DNA from: Alphaproteobacteria bacterium
GTDB lineage: Bacteria; Pseudomonadota; Alphaproteobacteria; Paracaedibacterales; CAITNM01
Assembly: GCA_037138055.1 (NCBI GenBank)
Contig: JBAXJB010000005.1
Location: 6,485 to 70,484 of the forward strand
Length of the DNA: 64,000 bases
Direction: 5' to 3'
Below are positions 13,183 to 27,638 of the stretch, piece after piece. Below the pieces are notes generated by a model. The model was not told the origin of the DNA, made no database searches, and saw nothing but the letters and a program-made list of their open reading frames with translations. Position numbers and translations under genes: made by a program. Within the stretch, counting starts at the first letter, position 1. Every line of letters starts with the position of its first letter.

Positions 13183-13208
13183 TTCAATAATTTTAATAAG
13201 AAAATAAT

Positions 13209-14738
13209 ATGCGATTAGTCTCATCGGCACTTAATGTTGCTTTTTTTACAATCCTTAGTCGTTTAACTGGGTTCTTCCGTGATATTTTGATGGCCCAGTA
13301 TATTGGCACAAGCTTTGTTATGGATGCCCTTGTTATTGCCATTAAAATTCCTAGTTTTTTAAGAAGAATTTTTGCAGAAGGCGCGCTGAATTCTTCATTC
13401 GTTCCTATTTACTCCGCAATGCATGTTTCGCAAGAAAGTGAAGCTAAAGAATTTATCAAAGACATTTTTTCATTAATGACAGGAATCCTAATATTATTGA
13501 TTATAATCTTTGAGCTAATCATGCCTTTCATCGTTACTATTATGATTCCTGGGGTAGGTGAAGAAGTATTCTCATTAGCTGTTTCATTTTCTAGAATTAC
13601 TTTTCCTTTTATTTTACTTATATCATTAACAGCTTTATTCAGTGGTGTTTTAAATACTCATGATCGCTTTGGCGCTGCTGCATCATCACAAATTGCTGGA
13701 AATCTTTTCATTGTATTTATTATGAAAATTGTTGATCCTTCTATGCTTGGTGATGGCGGAATTGTTGCTACAGCAATTATGGGATCAGGTTTTGTTCAGC
13801 TGCTGTGGGTATATGTTCCTTGCTACTTCATGGGTATTCGCCCTTCACTTAGAAAGCCAAGAAAAAACCAGGCAATGACAAATTTTGGTAGAAGAATGCT
13901 TCCTGCTGCATTTGGTTCAGGCATTCTTCAAATCAATTTATTTATCGATACAATTATCGCGTCGTTGCTACCAATGGGAACTATATCTTACCTGTATTAC
14001 GCAGATAGACTTTACCACCTGCCAATCAGTGTTACCGGCACTGCCTTAGGTACTGTTCTGCTACCAATGTTATCCAAACAATGGAGAGAAAATAACGTTG
14101 AAGGAGCCATGCACAATCAAAATCGCGCAATTGAATTCGCGATGTTAATTACACTCCCAGCAATGGTCGGATTAATTTATTTGTCATATCCTTTGGTCAT
14201 GGTTATTTTTGAACGCGGAGCTTTTGACCACGCATCAAGCGTTGCCACTGCAGAAACACTTGCAGGATTTGCCAGCGGATTACCTGCATATATATTAATA
14301 AAAATATTTAACACTAGCTTTTTTGCACGACAAGATACAGTTACGCCTATAAAAGTGGCTCTTGCTGGCATGGTTGTGAATGTGGTTTTGAATTTTGCTC
14401 TGATATACAAATACAAGCACCTTGGCATAGCTATCGCAACGTCTAGTGCGTCTTGGTTTAATGCTGCCGTATTAGTTTATCTTTTGAAAAAACGTAATTT
14501 CATTAGCTTTGATACGGCACTTTGGAAATTCTTGGCAAAAATTCTAATACCTTGTGCTTTAATATTTTTAGTACTTATAACCTTGAAACCTATTGTTGCG
14601 CCTTACCTTCATTCAAATGATGGTATTCACATTCGCTCCATTGCCCTAGCCGTACTTGTTGGAGCAGGATTATTGGCGTATTTTGTTGCAGCTTGGGCTA
14701 CTGGTTTATTGCGATTCAAAGAATACATGTCATCGTAG
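13209..14738 (+). CDS. murJ: Lipid II flippase MurJ (MviN)
   Basis: 509 aa polytopic membrane protein with a typical MurJ N-terminus (TILSRLTGFFRDILMAQYIGT...DAL). Confidence 0.9.
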   Translation: MRLVSSALNVAFFTILSRLTGFFRDILMAQYIGTSFVMDALVIAIKIPSFLRRIFAEGALNSSFVPIYSAMHVSQESEAKEFIKDIFSLMTGILILLIIIFELIMPFIVTIMIPGVGEEVFSLAVSFSRITFPFILLISLTALFSGVLNTHDRFGAAASSQIAGNLFIVFIMKIVDPSMLGDGGIVATAIMGSGFVQLLWVYVPCYFMGIRPSLRKPRKNQAMTNFGRRMLPAAFGSGILQINLFIDTIIASLLPMGTISYLYYADRLYHLPISVTGTALGTVLLPMLSKQWRENNVEGAMHNQNRAIEFAMLITLPAMVGLIYLSYPLVMVIFERGAFDHASSVATAETLAGFASGLPAYILIKIFNTSFFARQDTVTPIKVALAGMVVNVVLNFALIYKYKHLGIAIATSSASWFNAAVLVYLLKKRNFISFDTALWKFLAKILIPCALIFLVLITLKPIVAPYLHSNDGIHIRSIALAVLVGAGLLAYFVAAWATGLLRFKEYMSS

Positions 14739-17700
14739 ATGGAAACGCTATCTCAGGTTATTAAAAGTTATCGTGCTTTTGCCGTAGCTGGGCTTCTTGA
14801 AAAAACAAAATCCGCACTTATTATACTAAGCCGCGATAATGACATTTCCCAATTTACAGTTCAGCTTGAACGATTGTTAAAGCGAAAAATACTAGCGTTT
14901 CCTGCTTGGGACTGCTTACCCTATGACAGAGTTTCTCCGTCATTAGATTGTATTAGTCAACGAGTTCAAGCACTAACTACCCTAGCTGAAGAACCGGAAC
15001 AAATTTTAGTAACATCCGTTACTGCATTAACTCAATATCTGCCTCCGCGCTTAAGCTTTTTAGGAGAATCCTTAACTTTAAAAAAAGGGCAATCTTATTC
15101 ATTTACAAAACTGAATACATATTTGGTTGAAAAAGGGTTCAATCGCGTTGGTGTTGTTTATGAACCTGGCGATTATGCAGTACGCGGCGATATTATCGAT
15201 TTTTTCCCAATAGGTCATGAAAATCCGTACAGGATAGATTTTTTTGGAGATGATGTTGAACGCATTCGTCAGTTTGATGCAGCAAATCAATCAACATTGA
15301 ATGAACTAAATGAAATTCTTATTAAGCCAGTACGCGAAATTACATTAACAGCACAAGCCATTCAATTTTTCAAAGAAAAATACAGATTACAGTTTCCTGA
15401 AAACTATAGTCAAAATTCCTTATATCAACACATTAGCCAAGGCCATTTGTATGCAGGTTATGAACATTGGTTTCCTTTGTATTTTGAAAATACAGAAACA
15501 TTAATTGATTACATAACTCCTGAAAAAACCATTTTAGAATTTGATGCATCTCAAACTTTTTCAGAGCATCACACCTTAATTCACGAATACTATCAGGCGC
15601 GCGTATCACCTGTTTTTGGAGATCACACATACCAACCATTGCCACCTGAAATAGTCTATTGGAATGAAAAGACCTGGAATGATTTTACAAAAAAAAATCA
15701 TGTGATAATTTCTCCATTCCATACAGAAGGCGCAACACAATTACCAGTTCAACCCGCCCCTAGTTTTGAACAATCAAGGCAGCAAGGGCAATTATTTGAG
15801 CATGTGTTTGCTTTAAAAAACGAACATCCAGATAAGCAATTGATCGTTGTTGCACAAACAGATGGCGCACGATCTCGCCTTGAGACAATGCTAAAAGAAC
15901 ACGGAAGCGTACAGATTCTGCCTTTGACAGAATGGCCACCTGTAAATGCTTCAAAAAAACCTATTTATTCTTTAACTTTTCCGTTAGATGAAGGGTTTGT
16001 AACCCATGACCAAATAGTTCTTACTGAACAAGATATTTTGGGTGAACGCATTTCACGTAAAATTCAAAAAGCGCGCAAAAATGCAAACATATTCAAAGAC
16101 CTTAGTGAATTAAATTTAGGTGATTATGTTGTGCATCGTGAGCACGGTGTAGCAAAATATCAAGGATTACAAACTGTCGATGTTGCTGACCACCCTCATG
16201 ATTGTTTGCTATTAGAATACGCTGATAAAAACAAGCTATTCCTGCCCGTTGAAAACCTTGAGCTTTTAAGCCGTTATGGCTCTGACGACATGGTGGTTGA
16301 ACTAGACCGTTTAGGCACTGCGAATTGGCAAAATCGAAAAGCACGAGTAAAGAAACGTTTATTGATCATTGCTGACTACTTAATTAAATTAGCGGCGGAA
16401 CGATCATTACAAGAAGGGGAGACTTTCTTAACTCCCAAAGTTTACGATGAATTTTGCTCACGCTTCCCCTACCCTGAAACTGATGATCAGCTTCGCGCTA
16501 TTGAAGAAGTTCTTGGTGATTTAGCATCGGGCAAACCTATGGATAGGTTAGTATGCGGAGATGTTGGTTTTGGCAAAACAGAAATTGCTTTACGTGCAGC
16601 TTTCGCCGTTGCGGCATCTGGCAAACAAGTCGTGATTGTGGCACCTACCACATTATTATGTCGCCAGCATTTTCAGAATTTTTCCAGTCGTTTTCATGGC
16701 TTTGGTATTCGTGTTGTTCAACTTTCACGTCTAGTTAAAGCGGCTGATGCGAAACGTACCCATGCTGAAATTACCAATGGTGATGCAAAAATTGTTATTG
16801 CTACCCATGCGGTGTTATCTGACAAGACAAAATTTCATGACTTAGGGTTGCTTATTATTGATGAGGAACAACACTTCGGTGTTAAGCAAAAAGAAAAATT
16901 AAAAAAACTCAAGCCGAATGTTCACATTCTAACATTAACGGCAACACCAATTCCCCGCACCTTACAACTAGCACTAACTGGTGTTCGTGAACTAAGCTTA
17001 ATTGCTACACCTCCAATTGACCGTTTGAGCATTCGCACCTTTACCATGCCGTTTGATGGAGTGGTGATAAAAGAAGCGTTGATGCGTGAATATCACCGCG
17101 GGGGACAAAGTTTTTTTGTGGTGCCCCGTATTGAAGACCTTAAAAAATCAAAAGAAATTCTTGAAACATTATTGCCTGATTTTCGTATTGCCACAGCCCA
17201 TGGTCAATTACCAGCAACTGAATTGGAAGACATTATTTCTGATTTTTGCGATAGAAAATACGAAGTGCTACTTGCTACCAATATCATAGAATCCGGCATT
17301 GATATGCCTTGGGTAAATACCATTATTATTCACCGTGCTGATCGCTTTGGGTTAGCACAACTTTACCAATTACGTGGACGCGTGGGCCGCACAAAAATTC
17401 AGTCTTACGCTTACCTCACCCTACCCCCTGATATAATCATCAGTGACACCGCTAAAAAACGATTAGAAGTTATGCAGAGTCTTGATCAACTAGGTGCAGG
17501 GTTTAAACTGGCAAGCTACGATATGGACATTCGTGGTGCCGGTAATCTTGTTGGTGAAGAACAATCTGGTCACATAAAAGAAGTTGGCGTTGAACTATAC
17601 CAAACCCTGTTACACGAAGCCATTTTACAAGTTCGCGCAGAACAGGAACACACAGTTGTGCAAACAACTGATTGGATTCCTCAGCTGAACTTGGGGCTTT

Positions 17701-18131
17701 CTTTGCTTATACCCGAATCTTATGTTGCTGACCTAGGCTTGCGCTTGAGCTTATATAGACGACTAGCAACATTAGAATCAGTCAATGAAGTACACGCATT
17801 CGCTGCCGAACTGGTGGACCGTTTTGGAAAAATTCCTAATGAGTGTGAAAACTTGCTAAAAGTTATAGAGCTTAAAATTGCGTGCAAACATTTAAACATT
17901 GAAAAAATTGATGCAGGACCTAAAGGCATTGTCATTGCTTTTTACAAAAATGAGTTTGCAAAACCAGAGGCTTTGTTGGCATATATAGGTTCACTTGAAG
18001 CGCGTAAATTAGCTGATGTTAAGCTACGTCCAGATCAGAAAATTAGCTTTTTACGTGATGGCCTAAACACTGATCAGCGTTTAAAATTTTGCTTTGCGGT
18101 ACTGAAACAGATTCAGGGGATTTTTCTATGA
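14739..18131 (+). CDS. mfd: Transcription-repair coupling factor Mfd
   Basis: 1130 aa with a CarD/TRCF RNAP-interaction domain (DYVVHREHGVAKY) and superfamily-2 helicase motifs (GDVGFGKTE; DEEQHFG; LTLTATPIPRT). Its ATG abuts the murJ stop. Confidence 0.95.
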   Translation: METLSQVIKSYRAFAVAGLLEKTKSALIILSRDNDISQFTVQLERLLKRKILAFPAWDCLPYDRVSPSLDCISQRVQALTTLAEEPEQILVTSVTALTQYLPPRLSFLGESLTLKKGQSYSFTKLNTYLVEKGFNRVGVVYEPGDYAVRGDIIDFFPIGHENPYRIDFFGDDVERIRQFDAANQSTLNELNEILIKPVREITLTAQAIQFFKEKYRLQFPENYSQNSLYQHISQGHLYAGYEHWFPLYFENTETLIDYITPEKTILEFDASQTFSEHHTLIHEYYQARVSPVFGDHTYQPLPPEIVYWNEKTWNDFTKKNHVIISPFHTEGATQLPVQPAPSFEQSRQQGQLFEHVFALKNEHPDKQLIVVAQTDGARSRLETMLKEHGSVQILPLTEWPPVNASKKPIYSLTFPLDEGFVTHDQIVLTEQDILGERISRKIQKARKNANIFKDLSELNLGDYVVHREHGVAKYQGLQTVDVADHPHDCLLLEYADKNKLFLPVENLELLSRYGSDDMVVELDRLGTANWQNRKARVKKRLLIIADYLIKLAAERSLQEGETFLTPKVYDEFCSRFPYPETDDQLRAIEEVLGDLASGKPMDRLVCGDVGFGKTEIALRAAFAVAASGKQVVIVAPTTLLCRQHFQNFSSRFHGFGIRVVQLSRLVKAADAKRTHAEITNGDAKIVIATHAVLSDKTKFHDLGLLIIDEEQHFGVKQKEKLKKLKPNVHILTLTATPIPRTLQLALTGVRELSLIATPPIDRLSIRTFTMPFDGVVIKEALMREYHRGGQSFFVVPRIEDLKKSKEILETLLPDFRIATAHGQLPATELEDIISDFCDRKYEVLLATNIIESGIDMPWVNTIIIHRADRFGLAQLYQLRGRVGRTKIQSYAYLTLPPDIIISDTAKKRLEVMQSLDQLGAGFKLASYDMDIRGAGNLVGEEQSGHIKEVGVELYQTLLHEAILQVRAEQEHTVVQTTDWIPQLNLGLSLLIPESYVADLGLRLSLYRRLATLESVNEVHAFAAELVDRFGKIPNECENLLKVIELKIACKHLNIEKIDAGPKGIVIAFYKNEFAKPEALLAYIGSLEARKLADVKLRPDQKISFLRDGLNTDQRLKFCFAVLKQIQGIFL

Positions 18132-19327
18132 TGACAGCAATACCAAGAAAAATTCAAGAATTTCAAAAAGCACATGTTATGAACGGTGCAATTGCGGTAG
18201 CACAAGGTGGAGAAACTGTTTATGCCAATGGGTTAGGAATTGCTGATCATTTCACAAATCAACTATGCACAAAAGACACTCAATTTTTTATTGCATCGAT
18301 AACAAAGCAATTTACAGCTGCTGCACTGTTGCATGTATTGTGGCATCGCGATCCGTCAATTGAATTGTTAAAAGCAGCTCTCCATAGCCCTCTCATCAAT
18401 TACCTTCCAGCAAATGATTCCATATGGTCGGGATCTATACCTGAATGGGCTGAGAAAGTCTCTCTACATCACATGTTAACTCATACATCAGGTATTCCCG
18501 CACCAAGTTTTGAAAAAGATGAAAGCACTGTGATATCTCCTGCTGAAGTCGTTAAAACCTTAAAAGACAAGTCCTTATTATTTGAACCAGACACCAAATA
18601 TCAGTACTCATACGCTGGCTACTTTTTGTTAAGTGAAATTATTGCTCGATTAGCTGAAAAAAGTTTAAGCCAATATTTAAACGATCATTTTTTTAAACCG
18701 CTTGGACTGCATAATACTTTCATGCCTGAAACTGGAACATGCAGAACAATGAAAGCATCTGGTGATTATCCAAATCTTGCCAGGGGTTACACCTGTTTCG
18801 AGAATTCGCTTCCCATTGAAACAGAAACCTATGGTAGAAACGCTCTTTTATGCGGCGCTGGAGGATTAGTTTCTACCGTTACAGATTTGCTCAAGTGGAA
18901 TGAAAATCTTTATGGTAATAAGGTTCTTCCAAGTGAAGTCACTGACCTGATGTTAAAAGAGCATGTAGAAATAGATGCAGAGGATACACCAAGCTATTAC
19001 TGCTACGGAATTATAAAAATAAAATACACAAATGGTGATGTATTCAAACATGATGGCGGCATGGATGGGTTCATTTCAACCTTGCAATACAAGCCATGTA
19101 ACAAATTATCATTCGTGGCTCTTGCAAATTTCAACATCTATTATTGTCAAAAATTTGGCCAAGCATTTGATGAAGAATACAAAAGATTTTCTCATATCAA
19201 AAATCAAACAGATTTAAATGCAGCTGTTGATCAAGCGATGGAAGAAAGATTCCTCGGCTTTTTAGCAATAAAGAAAAGTCATGAACTAATGAAATTAAAA
19301 GATATCGTTACCCTAGACACAAAATAA
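18128..19327 (+). CDS. Beta-lactamase-fold serine hydrolase (class C / EstB / DD-peptidase-like)
   Basis: SxxK motif SITKQFTAAALL, with no evident signal peptide. The ATG at 18128 overlaps the mfd stop as ATGA, while the ORF track starts further upstream at 18089. Confidence 0.75.
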   Translation: MMTAIPRKIQEFQKAHVMNGAIAVAQGGETVYANGLGIADHFTNQLCTKDTQFFIASITKQFTAAALLHVLWHRDPSIELLKAALHSPLINYLPANDSIWSGSIPEWAEKVSLHHMLTHTSGIPAPSFEKDESTVISPAEVVKTLKDKSLLFEPDTKYQYSYAGYFLLSEIIARLAEKSLSQYLNDHFFKPLGLHNTFMPETGTCRTMKASGDYPNLARGYTCFENSLPIETETYGRNALLCGAGGLVSTVTDLLKWNENLYGNKVLPSEVTDLMLKEHVEIDAEDTPSYYCYGIIKIKYTNGDVFKHDGGMDGFISTLQYKPCNKLSFVALANFNIYYCQKFGQAFDEEYKRFSHIKNQTDLNAAVDQAMEERFLGFLAIKKSHELMKLKDIVTLDTK

Positions 19328-19392
19328 GCGCTATCTTGCTAGGTGTTTAAACAGACTATAGGATGAGCATACGTTTAATAGCAATTTAACAT

Positions 19393-22892
<3,500 letters not shown>

Positions 22893-22903
22893 GTTCATGT
22901 GTC

Positions 22904-24883
22904 GTGGCTATTAAGAAGCAACAGAAACAAAAGAACAAATCAAAAAAACCAAAAAGATCACTATTAGGTCTTGTTGGTAGATTTTGTTTGTTAGCAAGCA
23001 TTTGGGGGTCAATTCTACTAGGATTGATCCTTTTATGGTTTGTGCAAGACCTACCTGATTTAAATCACTTACAAACAAATGTACGCACCCCAAGCATCAC
23101 CATTCAAACTATTGATGGTACGGTGATAAATACCTATGGGGATGTATTCGATGAAATGGTTCGCGTACAAGATTTGCCAAAACATGTTCCACAAGCACTT
23201 ATGGCTGTGGAAGATAGACGCTTCTACTATCACTTTGGTGTTGATATTATAGGCCTTGCACGAGCAGCTTACGAAAACTATCGTGCGAACCGTGTGGTTC
23301 AAGGTGGATCTACTGTAACTCAACAGCTGGCAAAAAATTTATTATTTACAGAAGGCTCTTTTACTGTAAGTGACCGTTCATTTAAACGGAAGATTCTTGA
23401 AGTTTTCCTAGCAGTTTGGCTTGAATGGAAATTTTCAAAAGACGATATTTTGACAATGTATCTAAACCGTGTTTACCTCGGTGCTGGAACTTTTGGCATT
23501 GAAGCAGCAGCGCAGCGTTACTTTAATAAATCAGCACGCGACCTTACTGTGTTTGAAGCAGCGGTGATTGCCGGGTTGCTCAAAGCCCCTTCGCGCTTTT
23601 CTCCTTCATCTAACCCTGAAAAAGCAAAAGAGCGTGCTAAAACAGTTTTACAGCTTATGCAAGAAGCAGGGTTTATTAAAAATGCACAAACATACTTTAA
23701 TGAAGGTATCCACGTGCTTGAAAATAACAAGCAAGAAAGTAGCTTCAAATATTTTTGCGATTGGGTCATAGAACTTATTCCTAATTTTGTTAATGGGATG
23801 GACCGTGATTTAATTGTGGTAACCACATTAGATCCTGCGATGCAACGCCATGCTGACCGTGTTTGTGTTGATCATATAAATGAGATGGGCACTAAACTTA
23901 AGACATCTCAACTTGCTTTGCTTGCTATGAATCCAGATGGAGCAGTACGTGCAATGATTGGCGGGGTCGATTACAAAAAAAGCCAATTCAATCGTGTCCA
24001 AGCTTCTCGCCAACCAGGATCCGCCTTCAAAATGTTTATTTTCTTAGCGGCAATGGAAGATGGCATGAGCCCTGAGGACAAAATTGATGATAGCCCTTAT
24101 GTCAACGGCACATGGCGCCCTAGCAATTTCACTTGGAAGACTCGCGGAGAAGTGAGCATTGTTGAAGCATTCTCTCGTTCTGTTAACAGTGTACCAATTC
24201 GGCTAATGGAAAAAGTTACACCTCGAAAAGTTATTGAAGCAGCCCATCGTTTAGGTATTACTAGCCCTATGGAGGAGCATCTTTCCTTATCATTAGGAGC
24301 CATTGAAGCTACCTTACTTGATTTGACCTCGGCATTTGCGACTTATGCAAATCAGGGACGTGCAGTTTGGCCTTATGGAATTCTAGAAATTCGTGATAAA
24401 GAAGGTAACATTCTTTACAGGCGAGAAGAACAGCAAACTCAAATAATTATAAAGCCAGAACCGCTTGCTAAAATGCGTACTTTGCTAAGAGCGGTGGTTG
24501 ACGGACGTAGTGGCTATAGAGCCAACGTTTCGCCAACTGTAATGGGTAAAACTGGCACTAATGGCGACAAAAGTGGGAACATTGACGCTTGGTTTTTTAG
24601 TTTACGTGAGCCTCTGGAAAATGATATTGGATTTCAGAATTTAGTAGTTGGAGTTTGGACTGGGAACGACAAGAATAAACGTATGGCAAACGAATCTTCT
24701 GGTTCAAATTTACCTGCACTAGTAACCGCAGCTTTTTACCGAGGCCCTGAAGTTTACAATGGCCCCAATCAACCACCTAAGAAGACAGTTCAACCTAAAA
24801 TCTCGGTAAAAACACCAACTAAAGATGAGAAACAGCCTCAGAAAAAAGATGCCGTTGAGGAATTGCTAGAAGATTTTGGGTAA
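22904..24883 (+). CDS. Bifunctional class A penicillin-binding protein (glycosyltransferase GT51 plus transpeptidase)
   Basis: GTG start with an N-terminal basic tail and a TM helix. GT51 motifs are EDRRFYYHFG and GGSTVTQQLAKN. Transpeptidase motifs are SAFK, SVN and KTGT. Confidence 0.9.
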   Translation: MAIKKQQKQKNKSKKPKRSLLGLVGRFCLLASIWGSILLGLILLWFVQDLPDLNHLQTNVRTPSITIQTIDGTVINTYGDVFDEMVRVQDLPKHVPQALMAVEDRRFYYHFGVDIIGLARAAYENYRANRVVQGGSTVTQQLAKNLLFTEGSFTVSDRSFKRKILEVFLAVWLEWKFSKDDILTMYLNRVYLGAGTFGIEAAAQRYFNKSARDLTVFEAAVIAGLLKAPSRFSPSSNPEKAKERAKTVLQLMQEAGFIKNAQTYFNEGIHVLENNKQESSFKYFCDWVIELIPNFVNGMDRDLIVVTTLDPAMQRHADRVCVDHINEMGTKLKTSQLALLAMNPDGAVRAMIGGVDYKKSQFNRVQASRQPGSAFKMFIFLAAMEDGMSPEDKIDDSPYVNGTWRPSNFTWKTRGEVSIVEAFSRSVNSVPIRLMEKVTPRKVIEAAHRLGITSPMEEHLSLSLGAIEATLLDLTSAFATYANQGRAVWPYGILEIRDKEGNILYRREEQQTQIIIKPEPLAKMRTLLRAVVDGRSGYRANVSPTVMGKTGTNGDKSGNIDAWFFSLREPLENDIGFQNLVVGVWTGNDKNKRMANESSGSNLPALVTAAFYRGPEVYNGPNQPPKKTVQPKISVKTPTKDEKQPQKKDAVEELLEDFG

Positions 24884-25002
24884 AAACCAAGTGTTTTTTT
24901 ACAACATGACCCTACATATTATTTAGCAATAGAAAAAATAATAGGAAAATTTTAGAAAAAATTGTTAGTATAGGCAAACATTTGAACTTGGAGTCAGTCA
25001 TT

Positions 25003-25596
25003 ATGAAATTAAAATCTTTGTTAATAAGCTTAACCTTATCTGTTGCAACACTGAGCGCAGCACATGCTGCTAGCGATAAAAAAACAGCGTCACCATCTTT
25101 AGCAGTAAATGCTACACAAGCAAGTGATATAAATAAAATTGTCGATGGTCTAGTAAGTGCTAAAGTAAGCGGACCTGAAGAACTATTTAAAATAATAAGT
25201 GGCGAAACACAAACAACAGACAGAGAATTGCCTTTGCAAGCCACTGTTAGGGAAGCTGCAGCGCAGAAAATGCGTATTATGTGTTACGAAGAAGGAAAAG
25301 ATACAGTTGTTGCTTCAACTGATCCTACATTACTGGGTAAACCGGTGTCAGATTTCAGAACAAGTACTGATGAAGTTGTTCGCGACAAAGCCATTGCAGA
25401 AATAAAAAAGAACGGCAAAGAAAGAGCTACTTTTACCTATACAGACAAGCCAAAAGCTGATGGCCCTATTGTTGATGGAAAAGGCATTTCAGAAGGCAGA
25501 ATTGTAGAAGCAGCAGGAAGAAATGCATTTACTAACTTTCATTCAGAAAAGAAATTTCTATGTACAGTTGGCGCAAAGATCGCTGTCGCTGGATAA
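25003..25596 (+). CDS. Secreted or periplasmic protein of unknown function
   Basis: ATG at 25003 with GGAG 9 nt upstream. It has a Sec-type signal peptide, MKLKSLLISLTLSVATLSAAHA/AS. I recognise no family motif. Confidence 0.55.
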   Translation: MKLKSLLISLTLSVATLSAAHAASDKKTASPSLAVNATQASDINKIVDGLVSAKVSGPEELFKIISGETQTTDRELPLQATVREAAAQKMRIMCYEEGKDTVVASTDPTLLGKPVSDFRTSTDEVVRDKAIAEIKKNGKERATFTYTDKPKADGPIVDGKGISEGRIVEAAGRNAFTNFHSEKKFLCTVGAKIAVAG

Positions 25597-26295
25597 TCAC
25601 TTTTTAATTGCTTGAATTGCACCATACAAGGTGCGAATCTCTTGCTCTGTGGGCTGCATTCTTAAAAACGCAGCCCTAATATTTTGCCACATCTTTTCTT
25701 TTTTATGAGGCACCCTCCAGAAATTTACCAAATCAAGCTCTGTTTCCAAAGACTGAAAAAAATGGTGAAGCTCTTTTTGATTAACTGGTTTTGTATTCCC
25801 CATGTGCAGCCATGATTCTTGCGCTGTGTGAGACTGGTACCATTCATATAAAATAACCACTACAGCCTGGGCAATGTTTAATGATGAAAAATCAGGGTCA
25901 ACAGGAATAGTAATAATGTGCGTTGCAACAGACAAATCTTCATTACTAAGACCTGTGCGTTCAGGTCCAAATAGTAATCCAACCTTTTTTCCATTCATTA
26001 ATGGCACTGCTGTTTTTGGAGTATGATATTCTTTAATTAATTCACGCTCCGCGGCTGTGGTTGCAAAAACTATCTCTAAGTCCCCAACGGCATGTTCTAA
26101 GCTTTGGTAAATACTTGCTTCTTCTAACACACGTTCATTACCAACTGCCATAGCAATTGCTTTACTATCATCTGGGTCGCACTTAGGCTGAATCAAACGA
26201 AGTTGTGTTATGCCAAAGTTTCCCATAGCACGTGCAACTGCGCCCAAATTTTCAGCTAGCTGAACCTGGTGCAAAAGAATAATGGGCTTAATCAT
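25597..26295 (-). CDS. trmJ: SpoU/TrmH-family RNA 2'-O-methyltransferase, TrmJ-like
   Basis: 232 aa with the N-terminal LAENLGAVARAMGNFG block and the SPOUT C-terminal knot region (LLFGPERTGLSNEDL...IPV...SLNIAQAV). Confidence 0.8.
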   Translation of the reverse strand: MIKPIILLHQVQLAENLGAVARAMGNFGITQLRLIQPKCDPDDSKAIAMAVGNERVLEEASIYQSLEHAVGDLEIVFATTAAERELIKEYHTPKTAVPLMNGKKVGLLFGPERTGLSNEDLSVATHIITIPVDPDFSSLNIAQAVVVILYEWYQSHTAQESWLHMGNTKPVNQKELHHFFQSLETELDLVNFWRVPHKKEKMWQNIRAAFLRMQPTEQEIRTLYGAIQAIKK

Positions 26296-27638
26296 TAAGC
26301 GCGACGCCAGATGGTTCCATTAGGGCCGTCTTCAAGGGTAATACCTTGATTAATGAGCAATGCACGAATTCTGTCTGCCTCTGCAAAGTTCTTTGCCTGC
26401 TTAGCTTCATGACGTGCAGTCACCAATTGATCTATGTCTTGATTATCAGATTGTCCTTGAAACCAAATTTGAGAATCTTGAGCAAGTAATCCTAAAAATT
26501 GCCCACTGGCTTTTAGTGTATTAGCAGCCGCAATTTGTTCGTCGCCAGTTGATTTAAACACTGCATTTGCAAGTTCGTGCAAATAACTTATCGCAAGCGG
26601 TGTGTTTAGGTCATCTTCCAGTGCTGCAATAATATCTGAAGAAAGTTCCCCTTCACCCTTTGCATATTCAATAGCTTTGTAAAACCTATCGAGAGTTGCT
26701 TTTGCGTTCTTTGGGCTTTCGTCAGTCCAATCAAGTGGCTGTCTGTAATGCGTACTTAAAAAAGCAAAGCGAATAACTTCGCCTGGATAATTTTTCAAAA
26801 CATCACGCACGGTGAAAAAATTCCCAAGAGATTTCGACATTTTTTCGCCATTAACAAGCAAATGCCCGTTATGCATCCACACCATTGCCATGCGGTCAGT
26901 ACCATGGGCGCAACAGCTTTGAGCAATTTCATTTTCATGATGAGGAAACACAAGGTCAATACCACCACCGTGGATATCAAATGTATTACCAAGAAAAGCT
27001 TTACTCATTGCAGAGCATTCGATGTGCCAACCAGGCCTTCCACGACTCCATGGGCTTTCCCAACCGGGCAATTCTGGCGTTGATGGCTTCCACAGCACGA
27101 AATCACCCGCATTCTCTTTATACGGAGCAATTTCAACCCGTGCACCTGCTAGTAACTCATCTTGATTACGCCTTGAAAGGTGCCCGTAATCTTTATATTT
27201 TTGCACACGAAATAGCACATGCCCTTCATTAGCATAAGCATATCCACCACTTATTAATGATTCGATGATTGAAATCATGTCATCAATATGGTCAGTAGCC
27301 CTAGGTTCATGAGTTGGAGGCAAAGTATTCAGCGCGCTCATATCTTCATGATATGCTTTTGCCGTACGCGTTGTTAATTCACGGATATCTTCGCCATTAG
27401 CATGCGCTGCCGCATTTATTTTATCGTCAACATCCGTAATATTTCGTACATACGTTACCTTTGCATATTGCTTTTGCAACACTCTAAGCAGCATGTCAAA
27501 CACAACAACCGGCCTGGCATTGCCTAAGTGAGCAAAGTCATAGACAGTAGGTCCACATACATACATGCCAACATTGCCGGCATCAAGCGGTTTAAAAACT
27601 TCTTTTTGTTTGCTTAGAGTGTTAAACAGTTGCAACAT
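26295..27638 (-). CDS. cysS: Cysteine--tRNA ligase
   Basis: 447 aa with the class I HIGH variant (FAHLGNARP), KMSKS (EKMSKSLGN), and Zn/Cys-binding residues in the conserved context WHIECS. Confidence 0.95.
   Translation of the reverse strand: MLQLFNTLSKQKEVFKPLDAGNVGMYVCGPTVYDFAHLGNARPVVVFDMLLRVLQKQYAKVTYVRNITDVDDKINAAAHANGEDIRELTTRTAKAYHEDMSALNTLPPTHEPRATDHIDDMISIIESLISGGYAYANEGHVLFRVQKYKDYGHLSRRNQDELLAGARVEIAPYKENAGDFVLWKPSTPELPGWESPWSRGRPGWHIECSAMSKAFLGNTFDIHGGGIDLVFPHHENEIAQSCCAHGTDRMAMVWMHNGHLLVNGEKMSKSLGNFFTVRDVLKNYPGEVIRFAFLSTHYRQPLDWTDESPKNAKATLDRFYKAIEYAKGEGELSSDIIAALEDDLNTPLAISYLHELANAVFKSTGDEQIAAANTLKASGQFLGLLAQDSQIWFQGQSDNQDIDQLVTARHEAKQAKNFAEADRIRALLINQGITLEDGPNGTIWRRA

Noticed and set aside
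15689-15697. A9 homopolymer inside mfd, with another A9 inside nuoI at 42788-42796, as possible slippage or phase-variation sites.
   Set aside because: Both reading frames are intact through the tracts. Lys-rich poly-A runs are expected in AT-rich genomes, so nothing here shows frameshifting.
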